A stretch of DNA of 64,000 nt from Candidatus Eiseniibacteriota bacterium (GTDB lineage: Bacteria > Eisenbacteria > RBG-16-71-46), in assembly GCA_036507005.1 (NCBI GenBank), contig DASXQT010000070.1, positions 18,817 to 82,816 on the forward strand, given 5' to 3'. The position numbers and the translations under genes were made by a program. Shown here piece by piece: positions 27,090-35,019 of this stretch. The stretch's first letter is position 1; every line of letters begins with the position of its first letter. The notes under the pieces were generated by a model. The model saw nothing but the letters and a program-made list of their open reading frames with translations. It was not told the DNA's origin and searched no databases.

Positions 27090-27737
27090 TCAACGCTCGT
27101 CGGTCCGCGCGCCGCTGGTTGTCGCCCACGAGACCGGGGGCCAGGCATCTACTTGGACCCCGTGGGCTCGAAGCAGCGAGCCGAATGCACTGGTCATGTG
27201 ACGAAAGCTGCGACTGCGCCGGTGGGCCGTGGCCATATCAAACATTGCTGTCAGAGCGGGCTGATCCGCCGTCTCGTGATAGCTGGCATCGGCGGCCATG
27301 AGGTCCTCGAGAGCCGCCTTCGCGCCCCTGGGTGCTTCCGGATCAAATGGGATCGCTGCATCAGGCCGGATACCGCGCTGTCCCCGCAGGGATTCGACCG
27401 CAGCGAGGAACCAGGCCTCGTACTCGCGATGAGCCATGACGACAGAGCATGGAATCCCGGCTGATGCAGCTGCTGCCCACCCCTGAATCCGGGGCGCCAG
27501 ATCGCGGGGACAATCCTCATCCCCGTCAAAGAGAATCAGGATCGCGTTGCAGTGCGCCTGCCTTCGAGCCAGTTCGACCGCCTGACAGAGGGATTCCTCT
27601 CGCACCAGCTGCGAACGATGACGACGAATGGGTCCCCCTACTTGGAGATGGAAAGCCCCCGCCTCATCACGAAGGCGGCGGAGCAGCACAGGCACCGCCT
27701 CCACCTCGCCGTGCCCCTCGACGATCGGCTGGATCAC
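27090..27737 (-). CDS. DUF4276-family (TOPRIM-like) protein
   Basis: 215 aa. The N-terminal IVEGHGEVEAVPVLL (conserved Glu) and ILILFDGDEDCP (DxD) fit a TOPRIM-like metal site. The start overlaps the AAA ATPase stop. Confidence 0.65.
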   Translation of the reverse strand: MIQPIVEGHGEVEAVPVLLRRLRDEAGAFHLQVGGPIRRHRSQLVREESLCQAVELARRQAHCNAILILFDGDEDCPRDLAPRIQGWAAAASAGIPCSVVMAHREYEAWFLAAVESLRGQRGIRPDAAIPFDPEAPRGAKAALEDLMAADASYHETADQPALTAMFDMATAHRRSRSFRHMTSAFGSLLRAHGVQVDAWPPVSWATTSGARTDER

Positions 27738-29002
27738 TCGTCTACTCTTTCGAAGAGATTGGGCTCCGGAGGATTCGACACATTCTCGAAGAGGGGTTCA
27801 GCTCGCAAGGCATTCGATCGAAGCAGCTCGCCGGCCCCCATCACGTGATCGCGAAGTGCTTCCCGAGTCGCCTCCGAGAGGTCGCCGACACGCGTGGCTC
27901 CATGGCCCCATTCAACGATCCGCAGGTGCTCCGCCCGAATCCACTTGGCGTCGAGAACCTCGGGGCTGTGAGTCGTCACCACCACCTGCATGCTCCTCGC
28001 AGCGTGCCGAATGACGTCGAGCACGGCACCTAGAGCGCCGGGATGTATCGTCGCCTCGGGTTCCTCGACCGCAACCAATGAGGGTGACGGACGTTGGAAA
28101 ACTGCGGTCAGAAGTCCGAGTGCCCGCAGTGTGCCGTCCGACATGTTGAACGCTTCGAAGCGAAGACTCTTTGGAGCACCCTTCGGCGGCTTGTCTGCGA
28201 CCCTCCACTTTCCACTCTCTCCCCCCGCATCGTCCCATTCTTGCGTGAACTCGAGGGACAGCTTATTGCCGTGCTTCCTCACGCGGACGGCACGAGTATT
28301 GGGAACGATCGTAGCCAAGATTTCGCAGAGGCGGTCCAACTGTTCCTCGGACTGCCGCCCGATCTCCTGGAGCACGCTGGCGGCGTTGCTCCCGTCCTTC
28401 CGCAGGCTGGTGCCGCCGTCCGGGTCTTGCATCTCTCGCAGCTTTGGGGGCTCGATCGAATAGGCGCGGAACCGCGACAGCGTGGAAACGACCGGCGCGA
28501 AACTGGCGTGGCCGCCCACGAGGGGTAGCGAGAGGGCGGTCGATTCCAAGGCCGGGTCGAGCCCCTTCACGTTCGTACGGAAGGACTTCTTCTCCCGTTC
28601 GAACCAGAATCGAGATTCCTTCGAGTTCTTGACGAGGCATTGTTCCTTCACGACTTCGAAGCCGTAGTTGGGAAGCGCCCGAACCTCAAAGGCATAGCGC
28701 CCGCCGGTTGCATCACCGTTGATCGGCCCGAAGACGACGCCGAGGCCGAGATTGGGCGGATAGCCTCCCTTTTCAGAGGTGCGATTCCGAACGGCAGTGA
28801 TTCCTCCGCGACGGTCGAAGACGGCCTGTAGCGGCACGGCCATAGAGTCCGCCAGGAACGAAAAGGCATCGACCAGATTGCTCTTCCCGGACCCGTTCCG
28901 GCCCACGAGAAACGTTGGATTGTCGAACTCAATGCGCTCACTCGGAATGCTGCGAAAGCGCTTTAGAATCAGACTTCGGACCACCGGCTTCACCATGCTC
29001 AC
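27734..29002 (-). CDS. AAA/ABC-type ATPase (AAA_15/AAA_21-like, SMC-like head)
   Basis: Walker A GRNGSGKSN, signature-like SDGTLRALGLL, Walker B LVAVEEPEATIHP and H-loop VVTTHSPEVL. The start overlaps the methylase stop. Confidence 0.85.
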   Translation of the reverse strand: MSMVKPVVRSLILKRFRSIPSERIEFDNPTFLVGRNGSGKSNLVDAFSFLADSMAVPLQAVFDRRGGITAVRNRTSEKGGYPPNLGLGVVFGPINGDATGGRYAFEVRALPNYGFEVVKEQCLVKNSKESRFWFEREKKSFRTNVKGLDPALESTALSLPLVGGHASFAPVVSTLSRFRAYSIEPPKLREMQDPDGGTSLRKDGSNAASVLQEIGRQSEEQLDRLCEILATIVPNTRAVRVRKHGNKLSLEFTQEWDDAGGESGKWRVADKPPKGAPKSLRFEAFNMSDGTLRALGLLTAVFQRPSPSLVAVEEPEATIHPGALGAVLDVIRHAARSMQVVVTTHSPEVLDAKWIRAEHLRIVEWGHGATRVGDLSEATREALRDHVMGAGELLRSNALRAEPLFENVSNPPEPNLFERVDE

Positions 29003-32000
29003 CTCGGAATGACCACCAGCATCGCGTCGAGCAGGCGCTTCTCCTCGCTCCCCTTAGGGTATAGGGCTGAGAGCGCGTTGGCGAGGCGCAGGAAGTCCGG
29101 GCCGCGCTCCTGCTCGGCCTTGAGCAGCGCACGCAGCGCGTTGGTGCGGCCGCCGGCCTGCAGGAGCATGGCCGCGTGGACGCGGTCGAGGGTCGTCGCC
29201 TCGCGGGCGGCGGCCAGGCTCTCGTCGGAAACGTCGACGTTGCCTCGTGTCCCGCGGATCCGGCCTCGCCCGCGGATCGCGGGAGCAGGGCTGGGCCGCA
29301 TGTCCGGGAAGAGCATCCCCTGGAGCGGGTTGGTGCCGACGGCCACCTCCTGCTCCAGCCGCGCGGCAACAGCTTGCGCGCCGTCCTCGCCGAAGAGTTG
29401 CTTCGCGCGCTCCGCGATCGGCAGCAGGCGCACCACGCCCTTTTTGGTCTCGATGACGCGGCCTTCCCACTTGGGAAGGTCGATGCCGAGCGGCTGCGCG
29501 AAGCGACGCACGACGTCGAAGACGAGCGAGAAGCCCTTGGCCTTGCCGCGGGAGGAGCCCTCTTCGTCGTCGTCCTCGTCGGACGGCTCGTCGTTGTCGC
29601 CTTCATCGCCCGCGGCGTCCGCCGTCTCGCCAACCGTACTCTGGAGCGTCCATAGAAAGAGCGCCGTGAGCCGCGCGTCTTCCTCGACGGCTCCGGCAGC
29701 GCCGTTGCGGGCCTTGGCCTCGGAGGTGCCGAGCACCTGCGCAAGGGCGCTTCGGCCCACGACCTCCCAGACTTTTTCCAGGTACTCGGCAAGGGCGACC
29801 TCGCGCCCGTCGGCGGTTTCAACCTTCGCGTAGCGGCTGAAGACCTCGAGCGCCGGCCCGATGCAGGCGAAGACGAGGTCGGCGCCGCGGATACCCTCGC
29901 CTTGCAGGCGCTCCATCCAATCGCCGACGCGGTTCGGAAGCTCGCGCAGAACGTCGGCCCAGTCGCCTACGCCGGCGTTGTCAGGGCGGGGGCGGCAGAT
30001 AAGGTGGACGCTCGTGGCGAGGGCGGCGGATTCACGGGCTCGGAGGCGTGTCGCCATCTCCGTGGCGATTGGCCACGAGCCGGTGATCGTCCAGCCACCA
30101 CGGATCATGCCAGACAGCAGCGCTTCCCATCCCTCAGTGGTCTTGTGTGCGAAAACCACGGATCCGACGCCGTCTTGACGGAGCACGCGCCGGCCTTCCG
30201 CGAACGCGCGCGCCATCGTTTCCTCGAACCACGCGCGGTTCTTCGGTCGACCGTTGTCTCGCTTCGTCTCATCTTGGACGGCTTCGCGTCGCTTCGGCGA
30301 GAGCGGATTGGCCGGATCAAACGGATCGCGCAGCGGCAGGTAGCCCGGCAGCACTCGCTTGAGCCAAACGAGAAAGAAGTCGGAGAGGTCCGCGTAGGGG
30401 ACCGCATCGTAGTACGGGGGATCGGTGAACCATACGGTCGCGGTCTCATCGGGAAGTGGATGCTCGGCCGCGTCGGCACTCTGCACCTGACCGCCGCGTG
30501 GCGCCGGTGCGGCTTCGATACATTTCGCGATCCACTCCAGCGCCCCGTTGAAGCCAACAGCTGAGAAGACTGGTGCTTCGGCCGTATTCCATTGGGGAGC
30601 GAGCACCTGTCTGGCGAAGACGTGATCTACGAACTCTCTTGAGTCGTGCCAATAGACCAGCGCAGCGCACTTGTCCACAACCCGGTCCACGACCAGCGCA
30701 AGCGTTTCGAGGACGGCGGTTGACTGGATCGAGCCGTCTCTCGCAACGTCTCTGATCGAGTCAATCATCCTCACGAGCGCCACCTTCTGTCGCGCCGTGA
30801 AGAGGTCGCCCCACTGAAGCATGCCGTACCGCTGGACGCTGAACGCGCGGCCAGCGCCCGAGCCGCCACCGGCAGGCGTTGGCTCATCCGGCACCGGGCA
30901 GAGGCCCGGCTTCCCGCCGCGCTCCCACTCAGCGAGGATCGCCGCGAGCCGCTCCTGCGCTTTGCGAGCGCCCTCGTAGTCCCGTTCGGAAGGCAGCCGG
31001 TAGTGCCGCCCCTGCTCGCCGGGTCGGAGCGTAACCACCGCGAGCATTCGCGCCCCGCCCGTACGGCGGCCATTCGCGTCGAAGACGACGTCGGCTCCGC
31101 CGCGCTGCGCGGCGAGCTGCGCACGCACGCGCTCCGGCGGGAGCACTGCGCCGCAGGCGACGCACGCTGCCTTCGCACGGGTCACCGTGCCTGCCGGCAC
31201 ATCCTTCTCCGTCTTCGGCTCGAAGACCTCGAACTCGACTCGCGGCGGCTCGCCTGCGGGCCGCACGACTCGATGCTTAAGCGCCCGCCTGCGCTCCGCC
31301 TTCTTGCAGAGCCAGAGCGAACGCGCGAGCGGGATCTCCGCGCCGCAGTTGGGGGCCTCGCAGCGCACGGTCCGCGCCCAGAGGTAGGCGATCGGCGTCG
31401 CGCCGTCCGGATCCTTCGGGTAGAGGTCCGCCAGCTCCTCTCCTGCTTGTTTCTTGATCTCCGTCCCGACACGGCGCAGCTCCTCGACAAGCTTTGACCC
31501 GTGGCGCGGAATGTCCTCGAGCATCACCTTGAGGATCAGGCATGCGACCGGGTTCAGGTCGCTCGCAAAAGCCTCGCACCCCAGCCGCAGCGCCTCGAGC
31601 GGGATCGAGCCACCCCCCGCAAACGGGTCCACGACCAGCGGCGGCTCCTCGCCGTGCGCCGCCTTCACCAGCGCCCGGCTCACCTCGAGATAGGTGCGTT
31701 GCGCCGCGTTATCCCAGTTCGCGAAGTCCGCGATGAACTTGAGCAGTGCCTTGCGCAGGTCCTCGTCCGTGGTCCCGGGATTGCAGCCGCCCACCTGCGG
31801 CAAGAGCTTTCGCGCCTGCTCCTTGAATTCCATCGGGCAAAGCGGATCGCACGGGTCCGGATACAGCAGCGCGAGCAGCACCGCTCGGCTCGACGCCAGC
31901 GGCCGCCGCGCCCACCACAGGTGCAGCGTGCTCGGATGCCCGTGGCGGATCGACTTCTCCCGCGCCGCGTGCCGCGAAACTTCCGCGATCGGGAAATCCA

Positions 32001-32034
32001 CCTCGGCGAGGCGCTTGCAGTCCTTGGGGATCAC
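28999..32034 (-). CDS. DUF1156-domain DNA methyltransferase (N6-adenine/N4-cytosine type)
   Basis: DUF1156 N-terminus (EVDFPIAEVSRHAAREKSIRHGHPSTLHLWWARRP). AdoMet motif VVDPFAGGGS. Catalytic motif FTDPPYYD. The GTG start at 32034 overlaps the DUF3644 stop (GTGA). Confidence 0.85.
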   Translation of the reverse strand: MIPKDCKRLAEVDFPIAEVSRHAAREKSIRHGHPSTLHLWWARRPLASSRAVLLALLYPDPCDPLCPMEFKEQARKLLPQVGGCNPGTTDEDLRKALLKFIADFANWDNAAQRTYLEVSRALVKAAHGEEPPLVVDPFAGGGSIPLEALRLGCEAFASDLNPVACLILKVMLEDIPRHGSKLVEELRRVGTEIKKQAGEELADLYPKDPDGATPIAYLWARTVRCEAPNCGAEIPLARSLWLCKKAERRRALKHRVVRPAGEPPRVEFEVFEPKTEKDVPAGTVTRAKAACVACGAVLPPERVRAQLAAQRGGADVVFDANGRRTGGARMLAVVTLRPGEQGRHYRLPSERDYEGARKAQERLAAILAEWERGGKPGLCPVPDEPTPAGGGSGAGRAFSVQRYGMLQWGDLFTARQKVALVRMIDSIRDVARDGSIQSTAVLETLALVVDRVVDKCAALVYWHDSREFVDHVFARQVLAPQWNTAEAPVFSAVGFNGALEWIAKCIEAAPAPRGGQVQSADAAEHPLPDETATVWFTDPPYYDAVPYADLSDFFLVWLKRVLPGYLPLRDPFDPANPLSPKRREAVQDETKRDNGRPKNRAWFEETMARAFAEGRRVLRQDGVGSVVFAHKTTEGWEALLSGMIRGGWTITGSWPIATEMATRLRARESAALATSVHLICRPRPDNAGVGDWADVLRELPNRVGDWMERLQGEGIRGADLVFACIGPALEVFSRYAKVETADGREVALAEYLEKVWEVVGRSALAQVLGTSEAKARNGAAGAVEEDARLTALFLWTLQSTVGETADAAGDEGDNDEPSDEDDDEEGSSRGKAKGFSLVFDVVRRFAQPLGIDLPKWEGRVIETKKGVVRLLPIAERAKQLFGEDGAQAVAARLEQEVAVGTNPLQGMLFPDMRPSPAPAIRGRGRIRGTRGNVDVSDESLAAAREATTLDRVHAAMLLQAGGRTNALRALLKAEQERGPDFLRLANALSALYPKGSEEKRLLDAMLVVIPR

Positions 32035-33107
32035 GAGGTTGCGCTCCTGGCTTCAATGGGCTTCGCGGTGGCCTTTCTTCTCGTGATGATGTTCGCGTAG
32101 AGCGCAAGATCAGCGAGCCTCTCCCCAAGGAAGTCGACCCACTGCCGCGTGTAGCAGTAGTCCTTGTGGAGATCATCGTAGACACAGAACTGAGGGTTGC
32201 ACGATGACGGATCCGGTGCCCTGCTTGTCGGCCGGATCTTGAAATGCTCATAGCAAAGCTTGTGGTCGTAAGTCGTGAACCGCTTGCCGAGCTTGGTCGC
32301 AACTTGGTTTGCCACCTGCGTCGGCTTCAACAGGCCCAGATTTGCGATCTGCACCTCCTTCGGCTTGATCATCGCCACTACCTTGTCGTAGTTCCTCATC
32401 TCCTCAGGCTTCGAGGGATCGTACTTGACCCATTCCACTGCAACTGAATCCTTGCTCGCGTGATTGCCGATCTTCGGAACGAGGAAGACTTTGAAGCTGT
32501 ACGCCAGATCGTTCTGCACGTCCGCGCTCAGACTCGACCTGAAGGCGTCCACGTATTGCTTGATCGCCTTGAATGCTCCAGCAGTAGCTTTGGCGGCCGG
32601 CGCCGATGAACCCTTCGGAATGACATGTGAGAACTGCAAGGCAAACGTGAGACCGCCGCGAATCGCGTACCGGTCACCAAAATCCGAAACCAGCAAGGAC
32701 TCGAAGTTCAGCAGCAGCGCTTGGCATTCGCCGAAGACTTCTGGATCGATCTGCGCAAGTGAACGATGCTCGATCTTGTTGCGGAGCCCAATGAAGAACT
32801 CGAGATTACGCCGGGCGGCAGGGTTAGTCGCCTTGTAGTGTTGCTGCAGACACTCCTTGAGCTCCCAGCGTCGAGGCTCGCCATCGATTCGGTCGTACCG
32901 TCTTGATCCGGGCTTTCGGTAGTACGGCTTGGTTCCATTGCGAAGGAACATCGCGTGAAAGAGGGACGTCCAGGCGATGATCATCAGGACGACATACGCG
33001 CCTGACCGGAAGCTCGCCGTGGGGCGGTTGTAGGTCTCCACAGCGAGCAGGGCGGTCTCCCTCGCCTTTTCGACGAGAGCCTTGACATCGTAGGGCAGCC
33101 CCCTCAT
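32031..33107 (-). CDS. DUF3644-family protein
   Basis: ARETALLAVETYNRPTASFRSGAYVVLMIIAWTSLFHAMFL matches the conserved DUF3644 N-terminal block. 358 aa. Confidence 0.6.
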   Translation of the reverse strand: MRGLPYDVKALVEKARETALLAVETYNRPTASFRSGAYVVLMIIAWTSLFHAMFLRNGTKPYYRKPGSRRYDRIDGEPRRWELKECLQQHYKATNPAARRNLEFFIGLRNKIEHRSLAQIDPEVFGECQALLLNFESLLVSDFGDRYAIRGGLTFALQFSHVIPKGSSAPAAKATAGAFKAIKQYVDAFRSSLSADVQNDLAYSFKVFLVPKIGNHASKDSVAVEWVKYDPSKPEEMRNYDKVVAMIKPKEVQIANLGLLKPTQVANQVATKLGKRFTTYDHKLCYEHFKIRPTSRAPDPSSCNPQFCVYDDLHKDYCYTRQWVDFLGERLADLALYANIITRRKATAKPIEARSATS

Positions 33108-33238
33108 GGGGTCTCATCCCTCAACGCGGGCGTACTCGGATGCCCGTGCCGGACAGACTTCTGCCGCGCCGCGTGCCGCGAAACTTCCGCGATCGGGAAG
33201 TCCACCTCGGCCAGGCGCTTGCAGTCCTTCGGGATCAC
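33104..33238 (-). pseudogene. 44-codon relic of the DUF1156 methylase 5' end
   Basis: 33135-33238 is about 92% identical to 31931-32034. It encodes VIPKDCKRLAEVDFPIAEVSRHAARQKSVRHGHP then diverges. Its GTG overlaps the AIPR stop (GTGA) and its TGA overlaps the DUF3644 ATG (ATGA). Confidence 0.8.
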
Positions 33239-35019
33239 TGGGCCATCTCCACGTCGAGCGCCTTACGAAACTTCGCCCACGCGCGATTGAACGCCGTTCG
33301 CGACCTGTTCCCGGAACCGCGCCACTGCTTGCCGAACTCCTTGTGCAGGTTGCGGCGCTGGAAGAACGTCGAGACGTCGATGGCCTTCTGTCCGGAGCCG
33401 CGCTTGTCGCGGTAGAACCGCAGGACCGCCACGAAAACCGCGTCGATCGCCCGGAGCAGCGGAGTCACGACGTCCGCGGTGTCGCGCTCACAGGCATTCC
33501 GGAACGCCTCAGTCTGGGTACGCTTCCGGCAGACTGACTCGAGGGAAACCCAGAGGAAGTTCAGCACCAGCCACTTCGCGTAGGCTCGCTCCGGATAGCC
33601 CCGCGCGGCGTAACTCACCTCGCGCATAAGCCAGTACCGCGACAGGTAGTAGTTCGGATCAGCCGTGGGGAAAATCTGCCCGTACCATCGTTCCTCGAAG
33701 AGGCGCTCCTTGCCCTCGCGAACGATCGAGGGATCGAGGTCACAGCCGGCCACGGCCTGTGCGATCTCCTCCTTCTTCACCAAGCGCAGATGTCGCGTGC
33801 CTGCAGCCCGCCGAGCCTCCCCCTTTGTCGTCCGTTTGCGGAGGTAGAGGTAGTGCAGCTTGCGGAGCTGACGTTCGATCTCGATCTGGCGCCGATCGTT
33901 CGACATCAGGTCCGACGGGCGAATCGCGTTCTGCCAATTCGTTGCCGAGACTATGCGGGATACTAGCGTCTCGAAGTTGTTGCCATTCTGGCTCGGTGAC
34001 CGCGGAACACGGATCACCCGGACAAGCACGCTCGCGCGCGGCCCCTTGCGTACGCTGCGCGCAAGGGTGCGCGTGGTTTGCTGGCCGTTGATCACCTGCG
34101 GATTAGTGACGCGCAGGATGTTCCTTCCTCGGCTCGACTCCTGCGTCGCGTCGTCGCAGACGATGGTGACTCCGTTGTTGTAGTACCAGAAGTACTCGGG
34201 CTCGTCCGTGAGCGTGGCTTCCATGCCTCGGTTGATCTCGCTGCTGCCGAGGAAGCCGCGGACATTTCTGGCAAAGAGCCGAGTGCCGGCCCGCTCGAAC
34301 AGGCCGGCCACTGCGAGATCGGTCATGGAGAACACCCACGATTCGATGTCGGTCTTGCTGTCGTAACGATTGAAGACGCCAGCCGTGCGCACGCCACCAC
34401 CCGACTCGATGTCGAGGTCGAGCGACGGCACGGGCGGCGCCACACCATCGAGGTAGTCGGCAAGCAGCAGAAGGATGCGCTTGCCGTCGAAGAGCTGGAA
34501 GGTGACCGTGCTGCCTGCTGCGCGGACGATGCGACTCGCCTCGTCATGGAGTGCACTGCTGCACTTGCCCAGTGTCACGTAGAACATGTGCAGCGCGTAT
34601 CCGCGCTTGCGGATTCGGCCGCGGGCGTCCTCGAGCCGGCCGAGCACCTCCGAGGAGATATCCTTGGCGAGGCTCGCGAAGGCCGCTCCGTCTCCGCAGA
34701 GATCCACGGCGAGTTGCGCGAACCCGGCCACATCTCCCCGGTGTTCGTTCTTCGTGGCGACCTTCTGACGGTACTTGCCCTGAACCACGAACACGATCCG
34801 CGCGGGATCGTCGATCAGGACGGCGTCCACTCCCTTGTCACGCGGTCCACCGCACAAGCCCGCCGTTGCCGCGGACTCGTCCTCGGCCACGAAGGCGCGC
34901 AGGAAAAAAAGGACGAACAGCTCGTCGTCGCCTAGCTTCGGGTAGCGGTCCCGGAACTCGGCGAGTTCGCGGCGTAGGTCGGTTTCGGTGAGATGGGCGT
35001 TGGCCATGGGCGTCAGCAT
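33235..35019 (-). CDS. AIPR-family abortive-infection protein with N-terminal PD-(D/E)xK-like module
   Basis: YYNNGVTIVCD and VINGQQTTRTL match AIPR core motifs. N-terminal DKGVDAVLIDD...VFVVQGKY looks like a restriction-endonuclease-fold motif. The start is ATG 35019 or 35007. Confidence 0.75.
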   Translation of the reverse strand: MLTPMANAHLTETDLRRELAEFRDRYPKLGDDELFVLFFLRAFVAEDESAATAGLCGGPRDKGVDAVLIDDPARIVFVVQGKYRQKVATKNEHRGDVAGFAQLAVDLCGDGAAFASLAKDISSEVLGRLEDARGRIRKRGYALHMFYVTLGKCSSALHDEASRIVRAAGSTVTFQLFDGKRILLLLADYLDGVAPPVPSLDLDIESGGGVRTAGVFNRYDSKTDIESWVFSMTDLAVAGLFERAGTRLFARNVRGFLGSSEINRGMEATLTDEPEYFWYYNNGVTIVCDDATQESSRGRNILRVTNPQVINGQQTTRTLARSVRKGPRASVLVRVIRVPRSPSQNGNNFETLVSRIVSATNWQNAIRPSDLMSNDRRQIEIERQLRKLHYLYLRKRTTKGEARRAAGTRHLRLVKKEEIAQAVAGCDLDPSIVREGKERLFEERWYGQIFPTADPNYYLSRYWLMREVSYAARGYPERAYAKWLVLNFLWVSLESVCRKRTQTEAFRNACERDTADVVTPLLRAIDAVFVAVLRFYRDKRGSGQKAIDVSTFFQRRNLHKEFGKQWRGSGNRSRTAFNRAWAKFRKALDVEMAQ

